From Haplodiscus bocki (Eukaryota), in contig CBFHFQ010000354.1 in the NCBI GenBank assembly GCA_965655095.1, positions 1-64,000 on the forward strand: a stretch of DNA of 64,000 nucleotides, read 5' to 3'. The position numbers and the translations under genes were made by a program. This document shows, piece by piece, positions 25,101 through 40,100 of the stretch. Numbering within the stretch: the stretch's first letter is position 1; each line of letters begins with the position of its first letter. The notes beneath the pieces were generated by a model. The model saw nothing but the letters and a program-made list of their open reading frames with translations, was not told the origin of the DNA and searched no databases.

Positions 25101-28100
25101 AATCGGATCAGACACTCTTTGAGGCTCTCATTTCAGTCGGTGTCATGACAATTCCAAAATTGCATAAACTGTTGCTAGTGTTGACAATTCTGAATTTCCA
25201 CATTGATCTTTCCAATATATTATGAATTGAGTATTACTACTAGCCTTGTCTAAATCAGAAGCTTGCTACTTGAGGAGAACTCTGGAAAAAACAAATTATC
25301 AATATTCGTCTTTCCGTTGAATTATTGGAGTTCGAAACTGGCACAAAATGCCAATAGTTTTTACAAATCTTGAGTTCCTTGGTCAGGTTTTTTCAGACAC
25401 TTTGGCTTCAATCCTCCTATCAAAGTCCTGTTCGGGAGCTTTTTTGCCTTGGAGGACAAAGTTGTCGAAAGAAATGTTGCGATTCCTTCGGTGGATTTTT
25501 GTTTGCCCAAGACTTGCTGCGAATGAAAACAAAACTCCACATCTAAAATTTTGTACCGCCAAAACTAACTGTCTCACACCCCCTGCAATATCTGAGTCAG
25601 AAGTTTTTTCGTTGTGGGCGAATACTCTAAATTTAACTCACCATTAATGTCGTTTGTGTACAAATATTTGACAGGCTAGAAATGCCAAAACTCTCTAAAA
25701 CTCATTATACTTTGAAAGGAACATTTCTAGAAAACTACCCGCTTAACTTCGCCCGCAACGGAACTGAAAATTTTTATCTGCCGAAGTGTTTCAGATAAAA
25801 GTACATCGTTTCGGTCGTAATCTTCGTAGTCTTTCGGAGCAGAAAATTTTTTTTTAATCCGCCAGGGTATCAACCAGCAGCTCTCTACTTCATAAGGATA
25901 ATGCCGCTAGGAAATCCACGATTTTGTTCTCTGCATTGGAATTCCGACAGTTGAATCGGTGCAAATTTGCTTCTCAGTTCAACGTAATCGGGTTGGCGAC
26001 TTCTTTTTTCTGACACGTTTTGACTGGATTTCTACCAATACTGTCTCAGTCAGCAGTGTTCTATTTTTTTTCCTTGTGGTGAGCTGCCCAATTATGAAGT
26101 TATCGGTTTTCTTTTATCCTTTGAAATCCTTTCTTTTGGAAAACTTAGAGATTGTCACTGAAAATGACGTATCTTGATATTTAATTTCTTTTCTCAGTAA
26201 CTGCTTAGCTTTTTTAGTCCTTTTATCAACTGTCAGCTGTTTTACGGAACGTTATGCAAGTGGAAGCTCATGAGTTCACTTGCTTTAGTCAGAATACTGT
26301 CGGTGCGAAAAGAACAAAACTTGATATTCAGATTTAGGAACTTCGATCTTCCAGTTCATACCTCCTAGTAGCTCCTAGTTTCTAATCATCCATCAAAAAC
26401 GCAGTCAGAAGTTATTTCTTTCTAGGAGAAGGAGAAATAGAAAAAACATTGAACATCATCCTGACATCAGACTTTTGATCATCCAAAATGCTATTGAAAG
26501 TTGACATATCTTGACATTCAAATTCTTTTGTCTCCCATTTTATGGGCTTGACTTCCTCCTTCACTGTCTGAAAATGCACTTTTCTACTTGTAAACAATGC
26601 TACAATGAGAAAATTATTGGTGGTTTTCTTGTTTTTGACTGTTTTTGACTGTAGACGGTTCGAATGTTACGAACTTGCAATTGAGTTGGGCGTTGTTCCA
26701 TTTCCTAATTGACTCCTCTCCATGAATTTTGACTAAAATTCGTTTGGCATGGTTTGAATCAAATTTTCTCTAAGTAATCATTTGTGGAGGGCTATTCATT
26801 TAAGAGTTTTTTGAATCTCGTCCCTTCATCTGTTCCTTAACAGTTCGAGAAAAAAACAAAGATTGCTTTTGGTTTCGATATATCTCGATTTTTATTCCCA
26901 TAAATGGTCAGAACAGCTAGCTTGACTTCTCGTGTCACGGTCTTGAGCAGCAGTTTTTAGTTCTAGAAAACAATCGGATCAGGCACTCGTTGAGGCTCTC
27001 ATTCCAGTCGGTGTCATGACAGTTCGAAAATTGCTTAAATTGTTGCTAGTGTTGACAATTCTGAAGTTCCACATTGATCTTTCCAATAAATTATGAAATG
27101 AGTATTACTACGAGCCTTGTCTAAATCAGAATTTTGCTACTTGAGGAGAGCTCTGCAAAAAAAAGTTATCAATATTCATCTTTCCGTTGAATTGCTGGGA
27201 GCTCGAATGTGGCATAAATTGTCAGTAGATTTTACAAATCTTGAGTTCCGTGGTCATGTTTTTTCAGAGGGTTTGGCTTCAATCCTCCTATCAAAGTCCG
27301 GTTCGGGAGCTTTTTTGCCCTGGAGGACAAAGTTGTCGAAAGAAATGTTGCGATTCCTTCGGTGGATTTTTGTTTGTCCAAGACTTGCTGCGAAAGAAAA
27401 CAAAACTCCATATCTAAATTTTTGTACCGCCAAAACTAACTGCTTCACACCACCTGCAATATCTGAGTCAAAAGTTTCTTCGTTGAAGGCGAATACTCTA
27501 AAGTTAACTCATCATTTATGTCGTTTGTGTTTAAACATTTGATAGGCTGGAAATGCCAAAAAACTCTAAAACTCATTGAACTTTGAAAGGAACTTTTCTA
27601 GAAAACTACCCGCTTAACTTCGCCCGCAACGGAACTGAAAAATTTTTTCTGCCGAAGTGTTTCAGATAAAAGTACATCGTTTCGGTCGTAATCTTCGTAG
27701 TCCATCAGAGCAGAAAAAAAACATTTTAATCGGCCAGGGTATCAACAAGCAGCTCTCTACTTCATAAGGATAATGCCGCTAGGAAACCCCCGATTTTGTT
27801 CTCTTCATTTGAATCCCTACAGTTGAAACGCTGCAAATTTGCTTCTCAGTTCAACGTAATCGGTTTGGCGAAATCTTTTTTCTGACATGTTTTGACTAGA
27901 TTTCTACCATTACTGTCTCAGTCAGCAGTGTTCTATGTTTTTTTACTTGTGGTGAGCTGCCCAATTATGAAGTTATCGGTTTTCTTTTATCCTTTGAAAC
28001 CCTTTCTTGTGGAAAACTTACAGATTGTCACTGAAAATGACGTATCTTGATATTTAATTTCTTTTCTCAGTAACTGCTTAGATTTTTTAGTCCTTTTATC

Positions 28101-31100
28101 AACTGTCAGCTATTTTACGGAACGTTATGCAAGTGGAAGCTTATGAGTTCACTTGCTTTAGTCAGAATACTGTCGGTGCGAAAAGAACAAAACTTGATAT
28201 TCAGATTTAGGAACTTCGATCTTCCCGTTCATACCTCCTAGTAGCTCCTAGTTTCTAATCATCCATCAAAAACGCAGTCAGAAGTTATTTCTTTCTAGGA
28301 GAAGGAGAAATAGAAAAAACATTGAACATCATCCTGACATCAGACTTTTGATCATCCAAAATGCTATTGAATGTTGACATATCTTGACATTCAAAATCTT
28401 TTGTCTCCCATTTTATGGGCCTGACTGCCTCCTTCACTGTCTGAAAATGAACTTTTCTACTTGTAAACAATGCTACAATGAGAAAATATTGGTGGTTTTC
28501 TTGTTTTGGACTGTAGACTGTTCAAATGTTACGAACTTGCAATTGAGTTGGGCGTTGTTCCATTTCTTAATTGACTCTTCTCCTTAAATTTTGACTAAAA
28601 TTCGTTTGGCATGGTCTGAATTAAATTTTCTCTAAGTAATCATTTGTGGAAGGCTATTCATGTAAGAGTTTTTTGAATCTCGTCCCTTCATCAGATCCTT
28701 AACAGTTCGAAAAATTACAAAGATTGCCTTTGGTTTCGATATAGCTCGATTTTTATTCTCATAAATGGTCAGAACAGCTAGCTTGACTTCTCGTGTCACA
28801 GACTTGAGCAGCAGTTCTTAGTTCTAGGAAACAATCGGATCAGACACTCGTTGAGGCTCCCATTTCAGTCGGTGTCAAGACAGTTCCAAAATTGCATAAA
28901 TTGTTGCTAGTGTTGACAATTCTGAAGTTCCACATTGATGATTCCAATATATTATGAATTGAGTATTACTACCAGCCTTGTCTAAATCAGAAGCTTGCTA
29001 CTTGAGGAGAGCTCTGCAAAAAAGAAATTATCAATATTCATCTTTCCGTTGAATTGCTGGGAGCTCGAAAGTGGCATAAAATGCCACTAGATTTTACAAA
29101 TCTTGAGTTCCTTGGTCATGCTTTTTCAGAGACTTTGGCTTCAATCCTCCTATCAAAGTCCGGTTCGGGAGCTTTTTTCCGTGGAGGACAAAGTTGTCGA
29201 AAGAAATGTTGCGATTCCTTTGGTGGATTTTTGTTTGTCCAAGACTTGCTCTGAATGAAAACAAAACCCCATATCTAAATTTTTGTACCACCAAAACTAA
29301 CTGCTTCACACCACCTGCAATATCTGAGTCAAAAGTTTCTTCGTTGAAGGCGAATACTCTAAAGTTAACTCATCATTTATGTCGTTTGTGTTTAAGTATT
29401 TGATAGGCTGGAAATACCAAAAAACTCTAAAACTCATTGAACTTTGAAAGCAACCTTTCTGGAAAACTACCCGCTTAACTTCGCCCGCAACTGAATTGAA
29501 AAATTTTATCTGCCGAAGTAATTCAGATAAAAGTACATCGTTTCGGTCGTAATCTTCGTAGTCCATCAGAGCAGAAAAAACAATTTAAACCGCCAGGGTA
29601 TCAACCAGCAGCTCTCTACTTCATAAGGATAATGCCGCTAGGAAATCCACGATTTTGTTCTCTTCATTGGAATCCCGACAGTTGAATCGCTGCAAATTTG
29701 CTTCTCAGTTCAACGTAATCGGTTTGGCGAAATCTTCTTTCTGACACGTTTTGACTAGAATTCTACCATTACTGTCTCAGTCAGCAGTGTTCTATTTTTT
29801 TTACTTGTGGTGAGCTGCCCAATTATGAAGTTATTGGTTTTCTTTTATCCTTTGAAATCCTTTCTTGTGGAAAACTGAGAGACTGTCACTGAAAAGGACG
29901 TATATTGATATTAAATTCTTTTTTCTTCTTTAGTCCTTGTATCAACTGTCAGCTTTTTGACGGAGCGCTATGCAAGTAGCAGCTCATCAGTTCCCTTGCT
30001 TCAGTCAGAATACTGTCGGAGCGAAAAGAACAAAACTTGATATGCAGATTTAGGAACTTCGATCTTCCAGTTCATACCTCCTAGTAGCTCCTAGTTTCTA
30101 ATCATCCATCAAAAACGCAGTCAGAAGTTTTTTCTTTCTAGGAGAAGGAGAAATAGAAAAAACATTGAACATCATCCTGACATCAGACTTTTGATCATCC
30201 AAAATGCTATTGAAAGTTGACATATCTTGACATTCAAATTCTTTTGTCTCCCATTTTATGGGCTTGACTTCCTCCTTCACTGTCTGAAAATGCACTTTTC
30301 TACTTGTAAACAATGCTACAATGAGAAAATTATTGGTGGTTTTCTTGTTTTTGACTGTTTTTGACTGTAGACGGTTCGAATGTTACGAACTTGCAATTGA
30401 GTTGGGCGTTGTTCCATTTCCTAATTGACTCCTCTCCATGAATTTTGACTAAAATTCGTTTGGCATGGTTTGAATCAAATTTTCTCTAAGTAATCATTTG
30501 TGGAGGGCTATTCATTTAAGAGTTTTTTGAATCTCGTCCCTTCATCTGTTCCTTAACAGTTCGAGAAAAAACAAAGATTGCTTTTGGTTTCGATATATCT
30601 CGATTTTTATTCCCATAAATGGTCAGAACAGCTAGCTTGACTTCTCGTGTCACGGTCTTGAGCAGCAGTTTTTAGTTCTAGAAAACAATCGGATCAGGCA
30701 CTCGTTGAGGCTCTCATTCCAGTCGGTGTCATGACAGTTCGAAAATTGCTTAAATTGTTGCTAGTGTTGACAATTCTGAAGTTCCACATTGATCTTTCCA
30801 ATAAATTATGAAATGAGTATTACTACGAGCCTTGTCTAAATCAGAATTTTGCTACTTGAGGAGAGCTCTGCAAAAAAAAGTTATCAATATTCATCTTTCC
30901 GTTGAATTGCTGGGAGCTCGAATGTGGCATAAATTGTCAGTAGATTTTACAAATCTTGAGTTCCGTGGTCATGTTTTTTCAGAGGGTTTGGCTTCAATCC
31001 TCCTATCAAAGTCCGGTTCGGGAGATTTTTTTTTGCCCTGGAGGACAAAGTTGTCGAAAGAAATGTTGCGATTCCTTCGGTGGATTTTTGTTTGTCCAAG

Positions 31101-34100
31101 ACTTGCTGCGAAAGAAAACAAAACTCCATATCTAAATTTTTGTACCGCCAAAACTAACTGCTTCACACCACCTGCAATATCTGAGTCAAAAGTTTCTTCG
31201 TTGAAGGCGAATACTCTAAAGTTAACTCATCATTTATGTCGTTTGTGTTTAAACATTTGATAGGCTGGAAATGCCAAAAAACTCTAAAACTCATTGAACT
31301 TTGAAAGGAACTTTTCTAGAAAACTACCCGCTTAACTTCGCCCGCAACGGAACTGAAAAATTTTTTCTGCCGAAGTGTTTCAGATAAAAGTACATCGTTT
31401 CGGTCGTAATCTTCGTAGTCCATCAGAGCAGAAAAAAACATTTTAATCGGCCAGGGTATCAACAAGCAGCTCTCTACTTCATAAGGATAATGCCGCTAGG
31501 AAACCCCCGATTTTGTTCTCTTCATTTGAATCCCTACAGTTGAAACGCTGCAAATTTGCTTCTCAGTTCAACGTAATCGGTTTGGCGAAATCTTTTTTCT
31601 GACATGTTTTGACTAGATTTCTACCATTACTGTCTCAGTCAGCAGTGTTCTATGTTTTTTTACTTGTGGTGAGCTGCCCAATTATGAAGTTATCGGTTTT
31701 CTTTTATCCTTTGAAACCCTTTCTTGTGGAAAACTTACAGATTGTCACTGAAAATGACGTATCTTGATATTTAATTTCTTTTCTCAGTAACTGCTTAGAT
31801 TTTTTAGTCCTTTTATCAACTGTCAGCTATTTTACGGAACGTTATGCAAGTGGAAGCTTATGAGTTCACTTGCTTTAGTCAGAATACTGTCGGTGCGAAA
31901 AGAACAAAACTTGATATTCAGATTTAGGAACTTCGATCTTCCCGTTCATACCTCCTAGTAGCTCCTAGTTTCTAATCATCCATCAAAAACGCAGTCAGAA
32001 GTTATTTCTTTCTAGGAGAAGGAGAAATAGAAAAAACATTGAACATCATCCTGACATCAGACTTTTGATCATCCAAAATGCTATTGAATGTTGACATATC
32101 TTGACATTCAAAATCTTTTGTCTCCCATTTTATGGGCCTGACTGCCTCCTTCACTGTCTGAAAATGAACTTTTCTACTTGTAAACAATGCTACAATGAGA
32201 AAATATTGGTGGTTTTCTTGTTTTGGACTGTAGACTGTTCAAATGTTACGAACTTGCAATTGAGTTGGGCGTTGTTCCATTTCTTAATTGACTCTTCTCC
32301 TTAAATTTTGACTAAAATTCGTTTGGCATGGTCTGAATTAAATTTTCTCTAAGTAATCATTTGTGGAAGGCTATTCATGTAAGAGTTTTTTGAATCTCGT
32401 CCCTTCATCAGATCCTTAACAGTTCGAAAAATTACAAAGATTGCCTTTGGTTTCGATATAGCTCGATTTTTATTCTCATAAATGGTCAGAACAGCTAGCT
32501 TGACTTCTCGTGTCACAGACTTGAGCAGCAGTTCTTAGTTCTAGGAAACAATCGGATCAGACACTCGTTGAGGCTCCCATTTCAGTCGGTGTCAAGACAG
32601 TTCCAAAATTGCATAAATTGTTGCTAGTGTTGACAATTCTGAAGTTCCACATTGATGATTCCAATATATTATGAATTGAGTATTACTACCAGCCTTGTCT
32701 AAATCAGAAGCTTGCTACTTGAGGAGAGCTCTGCAAAAAAGAAATTATCAATATTCATCTTTCCGTTGAATTGCTGGGAGCTCGAAAGTGGCATAAAATG
32801 CCACTAGATTTTACAAATCTTGAGTTCCTTGGTCATGCTTTTTCAGAGACTTTGGCTTCAATCCTCCTATCAAAGTCCGGTTCGGGAGCTTTTTTCCGTG
32901 GAGGACAAAGTTGTCGAAAGAAATGTTGCGATTCCTTTGGTGGATTTTTGTTTGTCCAAGACTTGCTCTGAATGAAAACAAAACCCCATATCTAAATTTT
33001 TGTACCACCAAAACTAACTGCTTCACACCACCTGCAATATCTGAGTCAAAAGTTTCTTCGTTGAAGGCGAATACTCTAAAGTTAACTCATCATTTATGTC
33101 GTTTGTGTTTAAGTATTTGATAGGCTGGAAATACCAAAAAACTCTAAAACTCATTGAACTTTGAAAGCAACCTTTCTGGAAAACTACCCGCTTAACTTCG
33201 CCCGCAACTGAATTGAAAAATTTTATCTGCCGAAGTAATTCAGATAAAAGTACATCGTTTCGGTCGTAATCTTCGTAGTCCATCAGAGCAGAAAAAACAA
33301 TTTAAACCGCCAGGGTATCAACCAGCAGCTCTCTACTTCATAAGGATAATGCCGCTAGGAAATCCGCGATTTTGTTCTCTTCATTGGAATCCCGACAGTT
33401 GAATCGCTGCAAATTTGCTTCTCAGTTCAACGTAATCGGTTTGGCGAAATCTTCTTTCTGACACGTTTTGACTAGAATTCTACCATTACTGTCTCAGTCA
33501 GCAGTGTTCTATTTTTTTTTACTTGTGGTGAGCTGCCCAATTATGAAGTTATTGGTTTTCTTTTATCCTTTGAAATCCTTTCTTGTGGAAAACTGAGAGA
33601 CTGTCACTGAAAAGGACGTATATTGATATTAAATTCTTTTTTCTTCTTTAGTCCTTGTATCAACTGTCAGCTTTTTGACGGAGCGCTATGCAAGTAGCAG
33701 CTCATCAGTTCCCTTGCTTCAGTCAGAATACTGTCGGAGCGAAAAGAACAAAACTTGATATGCAGATTTAGGAACTTCGATCTTCCAGTTCATACCTCCT
33801 AGTAGCTCCTAGTTTCTAATCATCCATCAAAAACGCAGTCAGAAGTTATTTCTTTCTAGGAGAAGGAGAAATAGAAAAAAACATTGAACATCATCCTGAC
33901 AACAGACTTTTGATCATTCAAAATGCTATTGAAAGTTGACATATCTTGACATTCAAATTCTTTCGTCTCCCATTTTATGGGCTTGACTTCCTCCTTCACT
34001 GTCTGAAAATGCACTTTTCTACTTGTAAACAATGCTACAATGAGAAAATTACTGGTGGTTTTCTTGTTTTTGACTGTAGACGGTTCGAATGTTACGAACT

Positions 34101-37100
34101 TGCAATTGAGTTGGGCGTTGTTCCATTTCCTAATTGACTCCTCTCCATAAATTTTGACTAAAATTCGTTTGGCATGGTTTGAATCAAATTTTCTCTAAGT
34201 AGTCTTTTGTGGAGGGCTATTCATTTAAGAGTTTTTTTAATATCGTCCCTTCATCAATCAGTTCCTTAACAGTTCGAGAAAAAACAAAGATTGCTTTTGG
34301 TTTCGATATATCTCGGTTTTTATTCCCATAAATGGTCAGAACAGCTAGCTTGACTTCTCGTGTCACGGTCTTGACCAGCAGTTTTTAGTTCTAGGAAAGA
34401 ATCGGATCAGACATTCGTTGAGGCTCTCATTTCAGTCAGTGTCATGACAGTTCCAACATGGCATAAATTGTTGCTAGTGTTGACAATTCTGAAGTTCCAC
34501 ATTGATCTTTCCAATATATTATGAATTGGGTATTACTACCAGCCTTGTCTAAATCAGAAGCTTGCTAATTGAGGAGAGCTTTACAAAAAAGAAATTATCA
34601 TTATTCATCTTTCCGTTGAATTGCTGGGAGCTCGAAAGTGGCATAAATTGCCACTAGATATTACAAATCTTGAGTTCCTTGGTCATGTTTTTTCAGAGAC
34701 TTTGGCTTCAATCCTCCTATCAAAGTCCGGTTCGGGAGCTTTTTTCCGTGGAGGACAAAGTTGTCGAAGGAAATGTTGCGATTCCTTCGGTGGATTTTTG
34801 TTTGTCCAAGATTTGCTGCGAATGAAAACAAAACTCCATATCTAAATTTTTGTACCGCCAAAACTAGCTGCTTCACACCACCTGCAATATCTGAGTCAAA
34901 AGTTTTTTCGTTGAAGGCGAATACTCTAAAGTTAACTCATCATTTATATCGTTTGTGTTTAAACATTTGTTAGGCTGGAAATGCCAAAAAACTCTAAAAC
35001 TTATTGAACTTTGAAAGGAACTTTTCTAGAAAACTACCCGCTTAACTTCGCCCGCAACGGAATTGAAAAATTTTATCTGCCGAAGTGTTTCAGATAAAAG
35101 TACATCGTTTCGATCGTAATCTTCGTAGTCCATCAGAGCAGAAAAAATCCGCCAGGGTATCAACCAGCAGCTCTCTACTTCATAAGTATAATGCCGCTAG
35201 GAAATCCCCGATTTTGTTCTCTTCATTTGAATCCCTACAGTTGCAACGCTGCAAATTTGCTTCTCAGTTCAACGTAATCGGGTTGGCGAATTCTTTTTTC
35301 TGACATGTTTTGACTAGATTTCTACCATTACTGTCTCAGTCAGCGGTGTTTTGTTTTTTTTTACTTGTGGTGAGCTGCCCAATTATGAAGTTATTGGTTT
35401 TCTTTTATCCTTTGAAATCCTTTCTTGTGGAAAACTGAGAGACTGTCACTGAAAAGGACGTATATTGATATTAAATTCTTTTTTCTTCTTTAGTCCTTGT
35501 ATCAACTGTCAGCTTTTTGACGGAGCGCTATGCAAGTAGCAGCTCATCAGTTCCCTTGCTTCAGTCAGAATACTGTCGGAGCGAAAAGAACAAAACTTGA
35601 TATGCAGATTTAGGAACTTCGATCTTCCAGTTCATACCTCCTAGTAGCTCCTAGTTTCTAATCATCCATCAAAAACGCAGTCAGAAGTTATTTCTTTCTA
35701 GGAGAAGGAGAAATAGAAAAAAACATTGAACATCATCCTGACAACAGACTTTTGATCATTCAAAATGCTATTGAAAGTTGACATATCTTGACATTCAAAT
35801 TCTTTCGTCTCCCATTTTATGGGCTTGACTTCCTCCTTCACTGTCTGAAAATGCACTTTTCTACTTGTAAACAATGCTACAATGAGAAAATTACTGGTGG
35901 TTTTCTTGTTTTTGACTGTAGACGGTTCGAATGTTACGAACTTGCAATTGAGTTGGGCGTTGTTCCATTTCCTAATTGACTCCTCTCCATAAATTTTGAC
36001 TAAAATTCGTTTGGCATGGTTTGAATCAAATTTTCTCTAAGTAGTCTTTTGTGGAGGGCTATTCATTTAAGAGTTTTTTTAATATCGTCCCTTCATCAAT
36101 CAGTTCCTTAACAGTTCGAGAAAAAACAAAGATTGCTTTTGGTTTCGATATATCTCGGTTTTTATTCCCATAAATGGTCAGAACAGCTAGCTTGACTTCT
36201 CGTGTCACGGTCTTGACCAGCAATTTTTAGTTCTAGGAAAGAATCGGATCAGACATTCGTTGAGGCTCTCATTTCAGTCAGTGTCATGACAGTTCCAACA
36301 TGGCATAAATTGTTGCTAGTGTTGACAATTCTGAAGTTCCACATTGATCTTTCCAATATATTATGAATTGGGTATTACTACCAGCCTTGTCTAAATCAGA
36401 AGCTTGCTAATTGAGGAGAGCTTTACAAAAAAGAAATTATCATTATTCATCTTTCCGTTGAATTGCTGGGAGCTCGAAAGTGGCATAAATTGCCACTAGA
36501 TATTACAAATCTTGAATTCCTTGGTCATGTTTTTTCAGAGACTTTGGCTTCAATCCTCCTATCAAAGTCCGGTTCGGGAGCTTTTTTCCGTGGAGGACAA
36601 AGTTGTCGAAAGAAATGTTGCGATTCCTTCGGTGGATTTTTGTTTGTCCAAGATTTGCTGCGAATGAAAACAAAACTCCATATCTAAATTTTTGTACCGC
36701 CAAAACTAGCTGCTTCACACCACCTGCAATATCTGAGTCAAAAGTTTTTTCGTTGAAGGCGAATACTCTAAAGTTAACTCATCATTTATATCGTTTGTGT
36801 TTAAACATTTGTTAGGCTGGAAATGCCAAAAAACTCTAAAACTTATTGAACTTTGAAAGGAACTTTTCTAGAAAACTACCCGCTTAACTTCGCCCGCAAC
36901 GGAATTGAAAAATTTTATCTGCCGAAGTGTTTCAGATAAAAGTACATCGTTTCGATCGTAATCTTCGTAGTCCATCAGAGCAGAAAAAATCCGCCAGGGT
37001 ATCAACCAGCAGCTCTCTACTTCATAAGTATAATGCCGCTAGGAAATCCCCGATTTTGTTCTCTTCATTTGAATCCCTACAGTTGCAACGCTGCAAATTT

Positions 37101-40100
37101 GCTTCTCAGTTCAACGTAATCGGGTTGGCGAATTCTTTTTTCTGACATGTTTTGACTAGATTTCTACCATTACTGTCTCAGTCAGCAGTGTTTTGTTTTT
37201 TTTTACTTGTGGTGAGCTGCCCAATTATGAAGTTATCGGTTTTCTTTTATCCTTTGAAATCATTTCTTGTGGAAAACTTAGAGATTGTCACTGAAAATGA
37301 CGTATCTTGATATTTAATTCGTTTTCTCAGTAACTGCTTAGCTTTTTTAGTCTTTTTATCAACTGTCAGCTTTTTTACGGAACGTTATGCAAGTGGAAGC
37401 TCATGAGTTCACTTGCTTTAATCAGATTACTGTCGGTGCGAAAAGAACAAAACTTGATATTCAGATTTAGGAACTTCGATCTTCCAGTTCATACCTCCTA
37501 GTACCTCCTAGTTTCTAATCATCCATCAAAAACGCAGTCAGAAGTTATTTCTTTCCAGGAGAAGGAGAAATAGAAAAAACATTGAACATCATCCTGACAT
37601 CAGACTTTTGATCATCCAAAATGCTATTGAAAGTTGACATATCTTGACATTCAAATTCTTTTGTCTCCCATTTTATGGGCCTGACTGCCTCCTTCACTGT
37701 CTGAAAATGAACTTTTCTACTTGTAAACAATGCTACAATGAGAAAATTATTGGTGGTTTTCTTGTTTTGGACTGTAGACTGTTCAAATGTTACGAACTTG
37801 CAAATGAGTTGGGCGTTGTTCCATTTCTTAATTGACTCTTCTCCCTCAGTTTTGACTAAAATTCGTTTGGCATGGTCTGAATTAAATTTTCTCCAAGTAA
37901 TCATTTGTGGAGGGCAATTCATGTAAGAGTTTTTTGAATCTCGTCCCTTCATCAGATCCTTAACAGTTCGAAAAATTACAAAGATTGCCTTTGGTTTCGA
38001 TATATCTCGATTTTTATTCTCATAAATGGTCAGAACAGCTAGCTTGACTTCTCGTGTCACAGACTTGAGCAGCAGTTCTTAGTTCTAGGAAACATTCGGA
38101 TCAGACACTCGTTGAGGCTCCCATTTCAGTCGGTGTCATAACAGTTCCAAAATTGCATAAATTGTTGCTAGTGTTGACAATTCTGAAGTTCCACATTGAT
38201 GATTCCAATTTATTATGAATTGAGTATTACTACCAGCCTTGTCTAAATCAGAAGCTTGCTAATTGAGGAGAGCTTTACAAAAAAGAAATTATCATTATTC
38301 ATCTTTCCGTTGAATTGCTGGGAGCTCGAAAGTGGCATAAATTGCCACTAGATATTACAAATCTTGAGTTCCTTGGTCATGTTTTTTCAGAGACTTTAGC
38401 TTCAATCCTCCTATCAAAGTCCGGTTCGGGAGCTTTTTTCCGTGGAGGACAAAGTTGTCGAAGGAAATGTTGCGATTCCTTCGGTGGATTTTTGTTTGTC
38501 CAAGATTTGCTGCGAATGAAAACAAAACTCCATATCTAAATTTTTGTACCGCCAAAACTAGCTGCTTCACACCACCTGCAATATCTGAGTCAAAAGTTTT
38601 TTCGTTGAAGGCGAATACTCTAAAGTTAACTCATCATTTATATCGTTTGTGTTTAAACATTTGTTAGGCTGGAAATGCCAAAAAACTCTAAAACTTATTG
38701 AACTTTGAAAGGAACTTTTCTAGAAAACTACCCGCTTAACTTCGCCCGCAACGGAATTGAAAAATTTTATCTGCCGAAGTGTTTCAGATAAAAGTACATC
38801 GTTTCGATCGTAATCTTCGTAGTCCATCAGAGCAGAAAAAATCCGCCAGGGTATCAACCAGCAGCTCTCTACTTCATAAGTATAATGCCGCTAGGAAATC
38901 CCCGATTTTGTTCTCTTCATTTGAATCCCTACAGTTGCAACGCTGCAAATTTGCTTCTCAGTTCAACGTAATCGGGTTGGCGAATTCTTCTTTCTGACAT
39001 GTTTTGACTAGATTTCAACCATTACTGTCTCAGTCAGCAGTGTTTTGTTTTTTTTTTACTTGTGGTGAGCTGCCCAATTATGAAGTTATCGGTTTTCTTT
39101 TATCCTTTGAAATCCTTTCTTGTGGAAAACTTAGAGATTGTCACTGAAAATGACGTATCTTGATATTTAATTCGTTTTCTCAGTAATTGCTTAGCTTTTT
39201 TAGTCTTTTTATCAACTGTCAGCTTTTTTACGGAACGTTATGCAAGTGGAAGCTCATGAGTTCACTTGCTTTAATCAGATTACTGTCGGTGCGAAAAGAA
39301 CAAAACTTGATATTCAGATTTAGGAACTTCGATATTCCAGTTCATACTTCCTAGTACCTCCTAGTTTCTAATCATCCATCAAAAACGCAGTCAGAAGTTA
39401 TTTCGTTCCAGGAGAAGGAGAAATAGAAAAAACATTGAACATCATCCTGACATCAGACTTTTGATCATCCAAAATGCTATTGAAAGTTGACATATCTTGA
39501 CATTCAAATTCTTTTGTCTCCCATTTTATGGGCCTGACTGCCTCCTTCACTGTCTGAAAATGAACTTTTCTACTTGTAAACAATGCTACAATGAGAAAAT
39601 TATTGGTGGTTTTCTTGTTTTGGACTGTAGACTGTTCAAATGTTACGAACTTGCAAATGAGTTGGGCGTTGTTCCATTTCTTAATTGACTCTTCTCCTTC
39701 AGTTTTGACTAAAATTCGTTTGGCATGGTCTGAATTAAATTTTCTCCAAGTAATCATTTGTGGAGGGCAATTCATGTAAGAGTTTTTTGAATCTCGTCCC
39801 TTCATCAGATCCTTAACAGTTCGAAAAATTACAAATATTGCCTTTGGTTTCGATATATCTCGATTTTTATTCTCATAAATGGTCAGAACAGCTAGCTTGA
39901 CTTCTCGTGTCACAGACTTGAGCAGCAGTTCTTAGTTCTAGGAAACAATCGGATCAGACACTCGTTGAGGCTCCCATTTCAGTCGGTGTCATAACAGTTC
40001 CAAAATTGCATAAATTGTTGCTAGTGTTGACAATTCTGAAGTTCCACATTGATGATTCCAATTTATTATGAATTGAGTATTACTACCAGCCTTGTCTAAA